Origin: Macrostomum lignano
Taxonomy: Eukaryota
DNA: 64,000 bases
Assembly (NCBI GenBank): GCA_002269645.1
Contig: NIVC01000029.1
Span: 310,001-374,000 of the forward strand
Direction: 5' to 3'
The position numbers and the translations under genes were made by a program. How positions within the stretch are numbered: position 1 is the stretch's first letter; each line of letters begins with the position of its first letter. The notes beneath the pieces were generated by a model. It saw only the letters and a program-made list of their open reading frames with translations. It was not told where the DNA came from and did not search any database. This document shows positions 11,860 through 44,923 of the stretch, piece by piece.

Positions 11860-12761
11860 CGGAATAAAGCTATACTGATTGGCTTGGAGACAAGAGAAGT
11901 CGAAAGGAAAGTGGCTCTCGCAGATGCTGAGCTGGCCAAGTACGTCAGGTTGGCAACTAATTAGTGAATACACTGTAAACAGAGGGATTTTGTAATAGCG
12001 GGATTTGGGATAGGAATTATGGTTATGGAACTCTGGGTAGGGGATTAGGATCAGCATTATGTGATTCCGAATGGGAATTGGGATTGGTATTATGGGATTC
12101 TGAATGAAATTAGGATAATCGATGGGGATTGGGATTATGGGACTCTGAATGGGGATTAGGATTATGGGATTCTGGATGGGGATTAGGATTATGGGATTCT
12201 GGATAAGGATTATGATTATGGGATTCTGGATAAGGATTAGGATTATGGGATTCTGGTTGGGGATTAGGATTATGGGATTCTGGTTGGGGATTAGGATTAT
12301 GGGATTCTGGTTGGGGATTAGGATTATGGGATTCTGGTTGGGGATTAGGATTATGGGATTCTGGTTGGGGATTAGGATTATGGGATTCTGGTTGGGGATT
12401 AGGATTATGGGATTCTGGATAAGGATTATGATTATGGGATTCTGGATAAGGATTGGGATTATGGGATTCTGGATAAGGATTATGATTATGGGATTCTGGA
12501 TAAGGATTATGATTATGGGATTCTGGATAAGGATTGGGATTATGGGATTCTCGTTGGGGATTAGGATCATGGGACTCTGAATGGGGATTAGGATTATGGG
12601 ATTCTGGATAAAGATTAGGATTAGGGTTATGGAATTCTAGGTGGATTGAACTAGCAGATGAAATGCAGCAGTCAAAAAACAAAAGATTTCAAAATTGCAC
12701 CAAGCAACGCATTGAAACTATTCAAACAGAACTTGCGCAAATAATATTTTCCTCTGGCTAA
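11860..12761 (+). CDS. Putative last two exons (11860-11948, 12641-12761) of an unidentified gene
   Basis: cag|...ag|gttggc donor and ttctag|g acceptor join in phase 2 to give RNKAILIGLETREVERKVALADAELAKYVRWIELADEMQQSKNKRFQNCTKQRIETIQTELAQIIFSSG*. AT-rich 3' flank follows. The upstream acceptor is uncertain. Confidence 0.45.
11995..12635. repeat. ~27-bp minisatellite (gggattaggattatgggattctggttg)
   Basis: Visible tandem units filling the putative intron 11949-12640. Confidence 0.92.
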
Positions 12762-13562
12762 AAGCAGAATATTGTTTATTTATTTCTGTTGACAAAATCA
12801 ACAAACACAAGCAAATAATTATTGTGCTCTACCAACAGCATACTATTAGTAGACTGATCAATTGTTGCGGAATAATAATAAAAAAGCTTCAATTTATAAA
12901 CGAAGAAAAATATTTGCGACCGAGGTTTAATTTGAAGACACAGAGAAAGGGAAATTTAAAATAGAACTTACCTAGTAGCCTACTGTAAGTAGAAACAAGT
13001 AGTTTACAAGCAAACAAGATTTATTCATTAAAAAAGTAAGATGCCGGCTTACAAAAGTAGAATATATGGGTTGGCAACACGGTTTGAAGTTTGAAGTAAC
13101 ACGTGGAGCCGCCACATACTACTTGTGTACTATCAGTAGCACACTATAAAACACAAGTAGAATATAACGCAGTTAAAATTAGAAATCTGTGAAATGTTTT
13201 GGGGCCAAAGATTTGCTTAAAAAATATTTAAACTTGTTGCTAAGGTATAAAGGTGGATTAAACATCGGGATATAAAAGGTTAACCCTTAATAAGCGAAAT
13301 GATATATACTTACTACTACTACTGCAACTACTATTACGGCTACATGTACTAAGAATTGGCTGCTAGCAGTTGAGCACCAGAAAAATACACTGGATAGACG
13401 GAGAGTGCCTGGATAAAACAAAAAATAGGCGCGTGAAGGCTGCGTACTGACCGAACTACTAGCAGTAGTGAAGCGGGACACCGCGCTGCTTCATGCGGTG
13501 GCTCATGGCCGAAGTTTGTGCTGACAGGTATGCGAGTGCACATATTGGGCAGGCGATGGAGA

Positions 13563-13566
13563 CTTC

Positions 13567-13615
<49 letters not shown>

Positions 13616-13711
13616 CACAAGACAGACAGACAGACAGACAGGCAGACAGTCAGACAGACAGACAGACAGACAGTCAGACAGACAGACAGACAGACAGTCA
13701 GACAGACAGTC

Positions 13712-13784
<73 letters not shown>

Positions 13785-13787
13785 GTC

Positions 13788-13820
<33 letters not shown>

Positions 13821-13886
13821 CAGATAGACAGTCAGACAGACAGACAGACAGACAGACAGTCAGACAGACAGACAGACAGACAGACA
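13563..13886. repeat. (GACA)n microsatellite
   Basis: Direct. Confidence 0.95.
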
Positions 13887-14059
13887 CGCCCCAGAACACC
13901 AACGCATGTTCAGTTCCTTCAGACACATAATCATTATATCACACGTCAGCCTCCACTTAAAGCGTGCGCGCTCAGAAAATCAATGAATTGGTTACAGCAT
14001 AATGCATAATTAATATGAATTGAATAACAGAAACTTAGCCAGTCTACTATCAGTAGTGA

Positions 14060-33495
<19,436 letters not shown>

Positions 33496-36199
33496 GACTT
33501 CTGAAAATAAGGATAAGATAAAGATATAACACTAATGCCTATAAAGTGATTTAGTTTTTATATTTTTATCAAATAATTTTACTAGATCTTATTATAACTT
33601 TGCAATTTGTATAAAATTTTTATTGCAATTTAAAAAAATTACAAAATATTACAAATAGCATGAATAAACCTTGGGTTATCCTAGTTTAGCTAGGTTGGCT
33701 GACTATCTATGGCTAAAATAGTACTAATGTTAGTAGCAACAAGTTGCTTCTAATACTAAAACTGAGATCCATAGGAATAATCATAAATTATTATTATACT
33801 ACTCTAATTATAATACTTATAGCCCTAGAAACAAGAATAACATTATGGCTAAGCTAACTAGACTATAACTATGGCTATCTATAAGCTATTAAATTCCTAT
33901 AAGATCAATTTGAAAGACATAGGCCTAAGCCTATTACTAGACAGTTGTCTTAGTAGTTTGCACTGATGTCATCCAGCATCTAGTATAGATTGGCCCTTTG
34001 CATTGTAGGCATTAGCATTAGTGGCATAAGTCTATCTAGTGCATTATTGCAAAGGGATAGGGAAAAGAGATGGATCTAGGTAAACTCATCAACTTTTTAT
34101 CTATCAACTATGTTGACGAGTTTACCATAGTTTGTATAGGACATAACAGATATGCAATATAATAAGTGTATAGAATTAAGAGATGCAAACAGAAGCAAAA
34201 ACAATAAGGTTTTAATTTATATGTGTATAAAAATTAGTTAAGTAATATTTTTGGTTGAATTACATTTATTAAAACTGATTGAAATTGAAATTGATTAAGA
34301 TTGGAATCCTGACAAGTGACAAAATTGTGGTCCCCCTAGGGCCTAGGCCTAGCTAGTTGTTAAAATGGAAGATTCTTGGTTTCACAGTTTTATTTTATTG
34401 TATCTCATATTTGATCATATATATGGCAGACTGCTAGGTGCTACAGTGCGCTGATGTCTCTTATCCAGTCAATCTAGCAAAAAGACATTCTAGTAATAGA
34501 TGATTTGCCGATCTGGTGACAATAAAGGCAGGCATTGTCCCAAATTGTCACGATTGACAATTGTCATGTCATGTGCCTAAAAACTAGCATTATAATGACA
34601 TGGCTCGGCTCATTGGTTTTATGAATCTGTTTTCTGTGCACTGAGACAGCTGCTCATACTATATTATGCTGAAGAATTTACCAGTTGACAAATTTACTAT
34701 ACAGCTAAGCCAATTGATGAAAAAAATTTGACAAGTTTAGGCCTAGTACCCAAAGAGATATCTAGAGTAGTTTAGACTTTGGCTACAATAGGCCTAAGGT
34801 TAGCTTGCAATTAATTAAGGTTTGCAATGAATTCACCTTTATTGGCATCTAAGCTAAGGTATGCTTGCATAGCTTATAAAATAAGTTAACTAAGCTATCA
34901 ATAATATAGACAGGGCCTATTTAGGCCTATAGAAATAATATAGATTTTAACTTTATTAGACCTATAGTCCTATTTGCCAAGTCAAATACAACTTTGTGGC
35001 TAATAAGAATATTATGAAAATATTATGAGAATAGTATTGAGAATATTATTAGGGCCTAGGCCTAAAAATATTATTTGCATAGGCCTACTTATATTAACTT
35101 TAAAGAATAAAAGTAGGCTTAGGGCTATTGCAAACTTGGCCTATATAGTTGCTTATATATATAGGCAACTAGCAATAGACTATTTATACAACTGGTATTC
35201 AAACAAGTAAATTATATGTTTGTTTTAATTTACTTAAGTCTAAAATGGACCAAGACAAGACCATGGATTCATGGAACTGGAACCTGCATAGGGGCCTAGG
35301 CCTAGCTATATTCTTTGTCTGCTAGCAAACAAAAAGGCAGTTAGATGAATTCACTGCACATCCCAATTTCTAGGCCTAGGCCTATTTATTTTTTTAATAT
35401 ATGTAAGATTAAAAACATATGGCTAGCCTACACCCTAGTTTGTACTTTATTAGGTGACTACTAGTACTGGGCCTATTTCATTTACAAAATTTTAGACTGC
35501 TGCCTCTGAACATAAAAAAATCAAAATGTTGCTATCCATGGCCATGATAAAGTCAAACTAGTGGCTTGTGTAGGCCTAGGCCCTAGTGCCTAGGAGGCTT
35601 TTCCTAAAGGTTTTTGTTAATCGTCAATTGTCAGACCCGCCACTAATTTAGACAATAGCTTTAGTTAGGGGGGGGGGGGGGGGCTCAGAGCGAGGCAGGG
35701 GAATGGCTTACAACTATATATAAAATAGATCTTCGATCATGGCCTAGCCTCAGCTACTGCAACCAGCTTAATGAAGTCTGATATTTCTTAGTAAACCGAA
35801 GTGTATTCTAATCTAACATTTTCTCTTTCTTTCTCTCTATAAGTTGCAATAATTGTGCCTAATCATTTTTAAACATCAAAAATTAAAATTCTGCAAATGA
35901 TAAACAAAACATGTCGCAATTGGTTATTGCCAAATCATCGAAACTGTCTAAGATTGTTTTTTTTATTAAAGAAACATTTTATGTAAGCTGCTACTAAACT
36001 ACTGAGCTTCTATATTAAATATCAGCTGATAATCAGCTGTCTTTTAGATTAGAATACTTGAGCTTTAGCTTTGTACTTATTATAATTATTATTAAACAGA
36101 CACTGGCACCGGGGTCAGCGAAGCACCCGCTGGCCGCTGGTGGGAAAACAGTTAGGTCGAGCCTTAGCTGCAGACTGAGGGGTAATTGTCCCAGAGCCT

Positions 36200-36715
36200 G
36201 CAGAGAGAAGAGTATCGATCAGTCAGAGTGGTGCAGCCAACCTATGGCCCTTGGCGGTCTCCCGCGGCCACAAGGGGCTGAGCAGCAGGTCGGCGAGCGG
36301 GGGCCTTGTGCCCCGTGGGTGGGCACGCACGCAGTGGCCGCGATCAACATCTGCATGGCGTCGCCTCTGCAGAGGGTACGTGGCGGCACGCGGGTCCGGG
36401 TCGCCAGCTCGGCGTTGTTCATGCGCAAGCGCAGGGAACCGGACCGGATGCCCAGGGCATTGCCCAGGAGGTGGCGATGGCAGGCCTCCAAGCTCGCCTC
36501 ACAAGTGGCAGTTATGAAAATAGCTTCCAAACAGCCCGGTAGGTCAGGGCCGTCTTAACTGCCGAGCGGATAGAGGAGGGGCGACCTTCCAGGCTGTGGT
36601 TGCGAGCCGGCAGTTGAAGATGGAGTGGAGAAGGTGAGAAAGCCCGCCATGCCAGCTGCTTGCGGTTGTTTACAATGGCATCCGGATCAGTGACCAGGAC
36701 ACCCAGATACTTGAA
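36200..36715 (-). mobile_element. 5'-truncated, frameshifted non-LTR retrotransposon (RTE-like) RT C-terminal remnant
   Basis: FKYLGVLV...NRKQLAWRAF, then across frameshifts LEACHRHLLGNALGI...NAELATRT, GHCVRA...PLADLLL: the typical post-RT region of RTE-clade LINEs. Confidence 0.72.
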
Positions 36716-36876
36716 CTGCAGTAATTCTTAATGTAGGACTGGGTCATTAATTAATGGGGGCCTCATATAAAGACCGAAGTTTCACAACGCCAAAAAATTC
36801 TGCATGGTCCAAAATATGAAACTTCAATGTTATGAAGTGCCTATAACTAGCTTGCATATTGAGTTTTGTACGATGC

Positions 36877-37124
36877 GAAATTTCGGATTTATGAAGGAAC
36901 ATGCAGGTATGTTTCGGCGTTGTGAAATTTCGGTCTTATGAAGGAACATGCAGGTATGTTTCGGCGTTGTGAAATTTCGGTCTTATGAAGGAACATGCAG
37001 GTATGTTTCGGCGTTGTGAAATTTCGGTCTTATGAAGGAACATGCAGGTATGTTTCGGCGTTGTGAAATTTCGGTCTTATGAAGGAACATGCAGGTATGT
37101 TACGGCGTTGTGAAATTTCGGTTC
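36877..37124. repeat. 47-bp tandem repeat, 5 full copies plus a partial, with an inverted degenerate copy upstream (about 36765-36810)
   Basis: Units start at 36877, 36924, 36971, 37018, 37065 and 37112 (gaaatttcggtcttatgaaggaacatgcaggtatgtttcggcgttgt). Confidence 0.9.
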
Positions 37125-38104
37125 TTGTGAAAATATTTGCAGCCGTATGCATAAAAGTTAGTAAAAGTTACCGTCGTCCAATGCCCCCTATATTGAGCAG
37201 TCTGCAGTGTCAGCAATTCAGTCCAGCATATGCCATCCTGTGTAAAAAAAGTAAGTTTTTCATGGCGACACAGATGCTGGCCACCCATCAAGTCGGTCAA
37301 CAAGAGCTCTCAGTAGCTCTCGGTCAGAATTTGATATAGTTAGTTATTCTAAGTGTTGTAGCAAGTTTCTGCAACCAATATCGCTATATTAGAAGCTATC
37401 ATTCGGGCCAGTTAATTTGCATAATCCAAATCGATTAGCTTGCGATTATTCAAATGAGACGAAGGTGCACGAGAAGACACCAACTGTAAAATTTGCGGGC
37501 AAACAGAAAGTTAAAAACTATAAATTCATGCAGCATTTTTTGCTTAACTTTCTTTCGCACGCTGAGGTAGGTCGAAAATCATATACGCTCCTATAGAGAA
37601 CTTTTCCCGAGGAAATATCTGCTTTTAGTAGCAAAGAGCGACTGAGCTGAGTGTGCGATGGCGGTCGTGCAACAGCTGACTAATAAAACATTGCGTCCAA
37701 TAAAAGCTGCTGAATCCAATAAAATGCCCGGCCCTCCCCTCCAGCGTATTGATCGACAGATGAAGCTGGTCTGGCTGCACGGTGGGGGTGGTTTCAATCC
37801 ATCACGGAGCTTGTTTGTCTAGCCATAAAGTTTTTAACCCTTCATCTCTCTCTAGGGGGAGGGGAGCGCTATACCTGATCCCGTCTTATTGTTGATCCCT
37901 GTGGCAATTTAACCTGCAGCTCGCCCGTGTGCATGTGAAAATCTATTTATCTTTTGCATTTTTAATAACACTATAAGTACTTGATCAGTAATGCATCGAG
38001 TTGATCCCACCACTTTTTTATGCCTTGATGGTCACTCAAAAAATAAATTAGAAAATATTTATAAAACTAAAGATATTGCAACATTTCTAAATGCATCAAT
38101 TCAA

Positions 38105-40175
38105 AGAGACAGTGAACTGAAGAGACAGTGAACTGAAGAGACAGTGAAGAGACAGTGAACTGAAGAGACAGTGAAGAGACAGTGAACTGAAGAGACAGTG
38201 AAGAGACAGTGAACTGAAGAGACAGTGAAGAGACAGTGAACTGAAGAGACAGTGAAGAGACAGTGAACTGAAGAGACAGTGAACTAAAGAGACAGTGAAC
38301 TAAAGAGACAGTGAACTAAAGAGACAGTGAACTGAAGAGACAGTGAACTGAAGAGACAGTGAAGAGACAGTGAACTGAAGAGACAGTGAAGAGACAGTGA
38401 ACTGAAGAGACAGTGAACTGAAGAGACAGTGAACTGAAGAGACAGTGAAGAGACAGTGAACTGAAGAGACAGTGAACTAAAGAGACAGTGAACTGAAGAG
38501 ACAGTGAACTGACGAGACAGTGAACTGAAGAGACAGTGAAGAGACAGTGAACTGAAGAGACAGTGAAGAGACAGTGAACTGAAGAGACAGTGAACTGAAG
38601 AGACAGTGAACTGAAGAGACAGTGAACTGAAGAGACAGTGAACTGAAGAGACAGTGAACTGAAGAGACAGTGAAGAGACAGTGAACTGAAGAGACAGTGA
38701 ACTGAAGAGACAGTGAACTGAAGAGACAGTGAACTGAAGAGACAGTGAACTGAAGAGACAGTGAACTGAAGAGACAGTGAACTGAAGAGACAGTGAAGAG
38801 ACAGTGAACTGAAGAGACAGTGAACTGAAGAGACAGTGAACTGAAGAGACAGTGAACTGAAGAGACAGTGAAGAGACAGTGAACTGAAGAGACAGTGAAC
38901 TAAAGAGACAGTGAACTAAAGAGACAGTGAACTGAAGAGACAGTGAACTGAAGAGACAGTGAACTGAAGAGACAGTGAAGAGACAGTGAACTGAAGAGAC
39001 AGTGAAGAGACAGTGAACTGAAGAGACAGTGAACTGAAGAGACAGTGAACTGAAGAGACAGTGAACTGAAGAGACAGTGAACTGAAGAGACAGTGAAGAG
39101 ACAGTGAACTGAAGAGACAGTGAACTGAAGAGACAGTGAACTGAAGAGACAGTGAACTGAGGAGACAGTGAACTGAGGAGACAATGAACTGAGGAGACAG
39201 TGAACTGAAGAGACAATGAACTGAGGAGACAGTGAACTGAAGAGACAGTGAACTGAGGAGACAGTGAACTGAGGAGACAATGAACTGAAGAGACAGTGAA
39301 CTGAAGAGACAGTGAACTGAGGAGACAATGAACTGAAGAGACAGTGAACTGAAGAGAAAGTGAAATGAAGAGACAGTGAACTGAGGAGACAATGAACTGA
39401 GGAGACAGTGAACTGAGGAGACAATGAACTGAAGAGACAGTGAACTGAAGAGACAGTGAACTGAGGAGACAATGAACTGAAGAGACAGTGAACTGAAGAG
39501 ACAGTGAACTGAAGAGACAGTGAAGAGACAGTGAACTGAAGAGACAGTGAACTGAAGAGACAGTGAACTGAAGAGACAGTGAACTGAAGAGACAGTGAAC
39601 TGAAGAGACAGTGAACTGAAGAGACAGTGAACTGAAGAGACAGTGAAGAGACAGTGAACTGAAGAGACAATGAACTGAAGAGACAATGAACTGAGGAGAC
39701 AATGAACTGAGGAGACAGTGAACTGAGGAGACAATGAACTGAAGAGACAGTGAACTGAAGAGACAGTGAACTGAGGAGACAATGAACTGAAGAGACAGTG
39801 AACTGAAGAGAAAGTGAAATGAAGAGACAGTGAACTGAGGAGACAATGAACTGAGGAGACAGTGAACTGAGGAGACAGTGAACTGAAGAGAAAGTGAAAT
39901 GAAGAGACAGTGAACTGAGGAGACAGTGAACTGAGGAGACAATGAACTGAAGAGACAGTGAACTGAAGAGACAGTGAACTGAGGAGACAATGAACTGAAG
40001 AGACAGTGAACTGAAGAGTAAGTGAAATGAAGAGACAGTGAACTGAGGAGACAGTGAACTGAGGAGACAATGAACTGAAGAGACAGTGAACTGAAGAGAC
40101 AGTGAACTGAGGAGACAATGAACTGAAGAGACAATGAAATGAAGAGACAGTGAACTGAAGAGACAGTGAACTGAA
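38105..40175. repeat. 16-bp minisatellite (gagacagtgaactgaa), about 2 kb
   Basis: Direct. Confidence 0.95.
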
Positions 40176-40501
40176 GCCATTTGAAGTTCTATCACTTTAT
40201 TTTTAGTTTATCTCAACGATGTCTCCATTTAAAATTTGCACAGGTGATATGAGAGAACGATTTTTAACTTTGAGCTTTACAACATGAAGTGCTTGGTGGC
40301 TACAAGAGGATGGGACATGAGGCAATACTTTAGCAGAGAGATTACTATAATAGCGCATTGGTTCAGTCTTTTCTAATGATTGACAGCCTGTAGTTAAGGA
40401 AAAAAGAAAAAAATCATTCTCAAGCAATTTTTCAATCGACTCAGTCTCTTCTCTTTAATCCGCAATTGCTGGCAAGTAAGTTTTCAGGAAGCGGGAGAGC
40501 C

Positions 40502-40502
<1 letters not shown>

Positions 40503-40560
<58 letters not shown>
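40503..40560. repeat. (CT)n microsatellite
   Basis: Direct. Confidence 0.95.
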
Positions 40561-40564
<4 letters not shown>

Positions 40565-41014
40565 GCTCCCCGCCTGGCAAAAACCGCGTGGGCCATTTTT
40601 TGCTCCGGCACCAATTATTGAGCGCTTTATAGGGGCTTTCTTCGGTAGAAAAAGACGACTGCGGAGATCCTTGGAGAAGGTCTGCAGCTTTTAGAAGCGG
40701 TGCAGTGTTCTCTCCCTCTCTTTCTCTTACTCATTTCTGCTTTCTAACGACGGTGTAGAAAAGCATCTGTCGTTCCGGTCAGATCTATATGAATTTCAAA
40801 CATGGATGAGGAATGAGAAAATTAATCTTCTGCCCGTCTGAAGCTTATACGAGTAGCATTGGTTAAAACACGCTTTCAGCATGTGTGCCTAATTAACTAT
40901 TGTCCGGGGCGATTTACAAGCATCTTTGCGTGTAACTCAACATGTTGATTAGTTCTGCATCAGAGTGTCTCAGTCTGAGAAATTATAAGTGTTTTTCGAA
41001 GGAGAGGAGGGGAG

Positions 41015-42660
41015 CAGGAGATGCGGAGACAGATGTAGGGAAGCAGGGAGATGCAGAGACAGATGTAGGGAAGCAGGGAGATGCAGAGACAGGTGTAGGG
41101 AAGCAGGGAGATGCAGAGACAGATGTAGGGAAGCAGGGAGATGCAGAGACAGGTGTAGGGAAGCAGGGAGATGCAGAGACAGATGTAGGGAAGCAGGGAG
41201 ATGCAGAGACAGGTGTAGGGAAGCAGTGAGATGCAGAGACAGATGTAGGGAAGCAGTGAGATGCAGAGACTGGTGTAGGGAAGCAGGGAGATGCAGAGAC
41301 AGATGTAGGGAAGCAGGGAGATGCAGAGACAGATGTAGGGAAGCAGGGAGATGCAGGGACAGATGTAGGGAAGCAGGGAGATGCAGAGACAGGTGTAGGA
41401 AAGCAGTGAGATGCAGAGACAGATGTAGGGAAGCAGTGAGATGCAGAGACTGATGTAGGGAAGCAGGGAGATGCAGAGACAGATGTAGGGAAGCAGGGAG
41501 ATGCAGAGACAGGTGTAGGGAAGCAGGGAGATGCAGAGACAGATGTAGGGAAGCAGTGAGTTGCAGAGACTGATGTAGGGAAGCAGGGAGATGCAGAGAC
41601 TGATGTAGGGAAGCAGTGAGATGCAGAGACAGATGTAGGGAAGCAATGAGAGGCAGAGACAGATGTAGGGAAGCAGGGAGATGCAGAGACAGATGTAGGG
41701 AAGCAGGGAGATGCAGAGACAGATGTAGGGAAGCAGGGAGATGCAGAGACAGGTGTAGGGAAGCAGGGAGATGCAGAGACAGATGTAGGGAAGCAGGGAG
41801 ATGCAGAGACAGATGTAGGGAAGCAGTGAGATGCAGAGACAGATGTAGGGAAGCAGGGAGATGCAGAGACTGATGTAAGGAAGCAGTGAGATGCAGAGAC
41901 AGATGTAGGGAAGCAGTGAGATGCAGAGATAGATGTAGGGAAGCAGGGAGATGCAGAGACAGATGTAGGGAAGCAGGGAGATGCAGAGACAGATGTAGGG
42001 AAGCAGGGAGATGCAGAGACTGATGTAAGGAAGCAGTGAGATGCAGAGACAGATGTAGGGAAGCAGTGAGATGCAGAGACAGATGTAGGGAAGCAGGGAG
42101 ATGCAGAGACTGATGTAAGGAAGCAGTGAGATGCAGAGACAGATGTAGGGAAGCAGTGAGATGCAGAGATAGATGTAGGGAAGCAGTGAGATGCAGAGAC
42201 AGATGTAAGGAAGCAGGGAGATGCAGAGATAGATGTAGGGAAGCAGGGAGATGCAGAGACAGATGTAGGGAAGCAGTGAGATGCAGAGATAGATGTAGGG
42301 AAGCAGTGAGATGCAGAGACTGATGTAAGGAAGCAGTGAGATGCAGAGATAGATGTAGGGAAGCAGTGAGATGCAGAGACTGATGTAGGGAAGCAATGAG
42401 AGGCAGAGACAGATGTAAGGAAGCAGTGAGATGCAGAGACAGATGTAGGGAAGCAGTGAGATGCAGAGACTGATGTAGGGAAGCAGTGAGATGCAGAGAC
42501 TGATGTAGGGAAGCAATGAGATGCAGAGACTGATGTAAGGAAGCAGTGAGATGCAGAGACAGATGTAGGGAAGCAGTGAGATGCAGAGACTGATGTAGGG
42601 AAGCAATGATAGGCAGAGACAGATGTAGGGAAGCAGGGAGATGCAGAGACAGATGTAGGG
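41015..42660. repeat. 30-bp minisatellite (atgcagagacagatgtagggaagcagggag)
   Basis: Direct; constant 30-bp register. Confidence 0.95.
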
Positions 42661-43365
42661 GAAACAGGATGTGATTATGGACAGGTAGCAAGAAGTCAGG
42701 AAAAAACCTACTAATTACGAGTATATATATGTAATAGCCAGGAACATAGAGTAAATAAACATGGGAGAATAAGGAGCTTATAAAGCGATTAAGAAGTCAA
42801 ATATATTTCTATCAAGCTCAGCTAATCTCAGGCTTAAGTTCATGGATATTATTTTAGCAGCATGCAGAAACCGATAAAGTTTCAATTCATGATTCAACTG
42901 TACTGTAATATCGTAGTAGGAGATGTAGGATCTGGAACTGGAAAGAAAACGAACTGAAGAGTCTTCAGGTGGCCGAGGTTCTCTGCGTTTTCACATTTCA
43001 CCTGGTGCAGTGAAGGAAACAAGGAGCGGTCGGAAATGTTCACAGGATCGAGTAAAGTGGCTCGTTGAAATCTGAAAGAGAGAGATGAAAATGAAATTTT
43101 GGCAGGCGGTATAGGAAATGTTACTAGAGATATGCGATAAGAGTATTAAAAAAGATTTTATTAAACTATGAAGTCGCAAAGTAAAAAAGTGCATAATCGG
43201 TATATTTGAAAACATTTTTGCATTCGGCATATTCTTTAGGCGGTTTGGAAAAATGACCAGAGACCAGCGTCGGCTCGCCATCATAATAGCTCGTAAACCC
43301 GAAATATCATTGTTGTATTTTCCGCTTCCGCCGTGCTTGGCGGCTACAAGGACAACTTAAGTAGA

Positions 43366-44033
43366 AGGACGCAACACTCGAAATCTATGGTAAATGTTTT
43401 GAAGGCAACTTTTCGTCGAGAAATACACTACAGAGATAGGAGGTTTTAATTTTTTCAGCACAAAAATTGTGATTGCTTTTGACAGGAGGCAGATCCAGTG
43501 TTCATCTTTTGATATGTTGTGCCTTTCTTATTGCTCTATCGATATTTTATTTTGTGCCTCACATGCTGCTCTAACGATTCATTAATCGATTTTTCATGTT
43601 AAAATTGTCTGTCACTTGAAAAAACGTTTAAAATAATGACAAGACTAATTTAACATGAAAAATCGATTAATGCGTCGTTAGAGAAGCATGTGAGGCACAA
43701 AATAGTGTGATTAGGACTTTCTCTGACACTGTTAAGAGACCCAATCGCTGTTTTAGTGTTTAAAATCGTGAAATTTCCTAGCTCCGTAGTGTATTTTTTC
43801 CGGTGAAACCTGCCTTTAAAACTATTTCTGAACGAAAAGCTTTATGAATATCGATAGAGCAATAAGAAAGGCACAACATATCAAAAGATGAACACTGGAT
43901 CTGTCTCCTGTCAAAAGCAATAACAATTTTTGTGCTGAAAAAATTAAAATCTCCTACATGTATCTCTGTAGTGTATTTTTTGGCGTAAAGTTGCCTTCAA
44001 AACATTTACCATAGATTTCGAGTGTAGCGTCCT
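43366..44033. mobile_element. Non-autonomous foldback/MITE-like element with ~180-bp TIRs and a nested inner inverted repeat
   Basis: Outer arms 43366-43546 and 43847-44033 (aggacgcaacactcgaaatctatggtaaatgttttgaaggcaacttt...). Inner arms about 43548-43605 and 43647-43704. No coding capacity; no clear TSD. Confidence 0.75.
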
Positions 44034-44114
44034 ATATATATGTTACCTGAGTAGTCTTTGGGCGGGTATGCTAGGCCGGAGAGCGCGGCAACCCCCATAA
44101 CGTACGGATACATC

Positions 44115-44410
44115 GGACCGGAAGTGGAGGGGCGGGGGGCGTACGGACACTTCGCAGACCCGAGCGAACCGTGATGGGAGGAAAGCATTTAGGAGATAAC
44201 TCTTAGGACAAATGGATGAAAAGTAAACACTGTCTTACCGGGGCTGGTTGGGGCTAAGGCACGCAGGGCGGGGGTTGGGGGGAACAAAACTCACAGAGTT
44301 GAAGAGCGAGAGAGAAGGAAGGGGGAAGGCTAGCCAATCAGGTGCCTCTATGGCAAGAGACATGATTGGACTGGCCCCAGACGAGAGAGAGAGAGAGGCC
44401 AGCCAATGAA
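44115..44410 (+). promoter_or_regulatory. Candidate promoter upstream of the TSP1-domain gene
   Basis: CCGGAAGT (ETS-type, 44118-25), GGGGCGGGG (44129-37) and three CCAAT/ATTGG boxes (44334, 44365, 44403) in a GC-rich patch. Motif inference only. Confidence 0.35.
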
Positions 44411-44923
44411 AATGAAAACGAGAAAAATAAAATGAAGAATGGCAGCGTCAGACGGAGGGGGGCAGACCAGAATGAATCAGTGGCAGGGAGAGGAATAGGC
44501 TGTCGGGTCCAGGGCTTGATTGCTCCGAAAACCTAAATAGCGTTGGCGTTGCTAGAACTTTCGCAATTATTGGTATTTCAGTTATGATGCATGTAGCAGT
44601 GAACGTGTCTGATGGTCGACCGATGAACGGTCGGATGCGCCAATAATTTTTCATAGCGCTTATTCTTTATCGTTGGCGTTTGCTATTTTATTCCAAAAAT
44701 AGTTAACAATTATTCTACTAGAGTTTAGATGAAGAAATAAATTGAATTTGCCAATGGTTAACCATAGACAATACGAATAACCATTCAGTATCCGAAAGGC
44801 AGATTTTTTACAATACAACCTGCTTCAGATTTGTCTATGACTTAAATTTAGTTTTAAAGTGCATAAAACTAAGCACGTGATAGCGTCAGCAGAAGCTTAT
44901 AGAAATAACAAGAGTAGCTGAAA

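Noticed and set aside
13440-13530. Ankyrin-like [12 protein letters not shown] and a CAG|GTATGC donor before the GACA tract
   Set aside because: Stop before the donor in that frame, no partner exon, and it would overlap the PSME4 3' end antisense.
36877-37124. 47-bp repeats as a CRISPR array
   Set aside because: No unique spacers, no cas genes, eukaryotic context.
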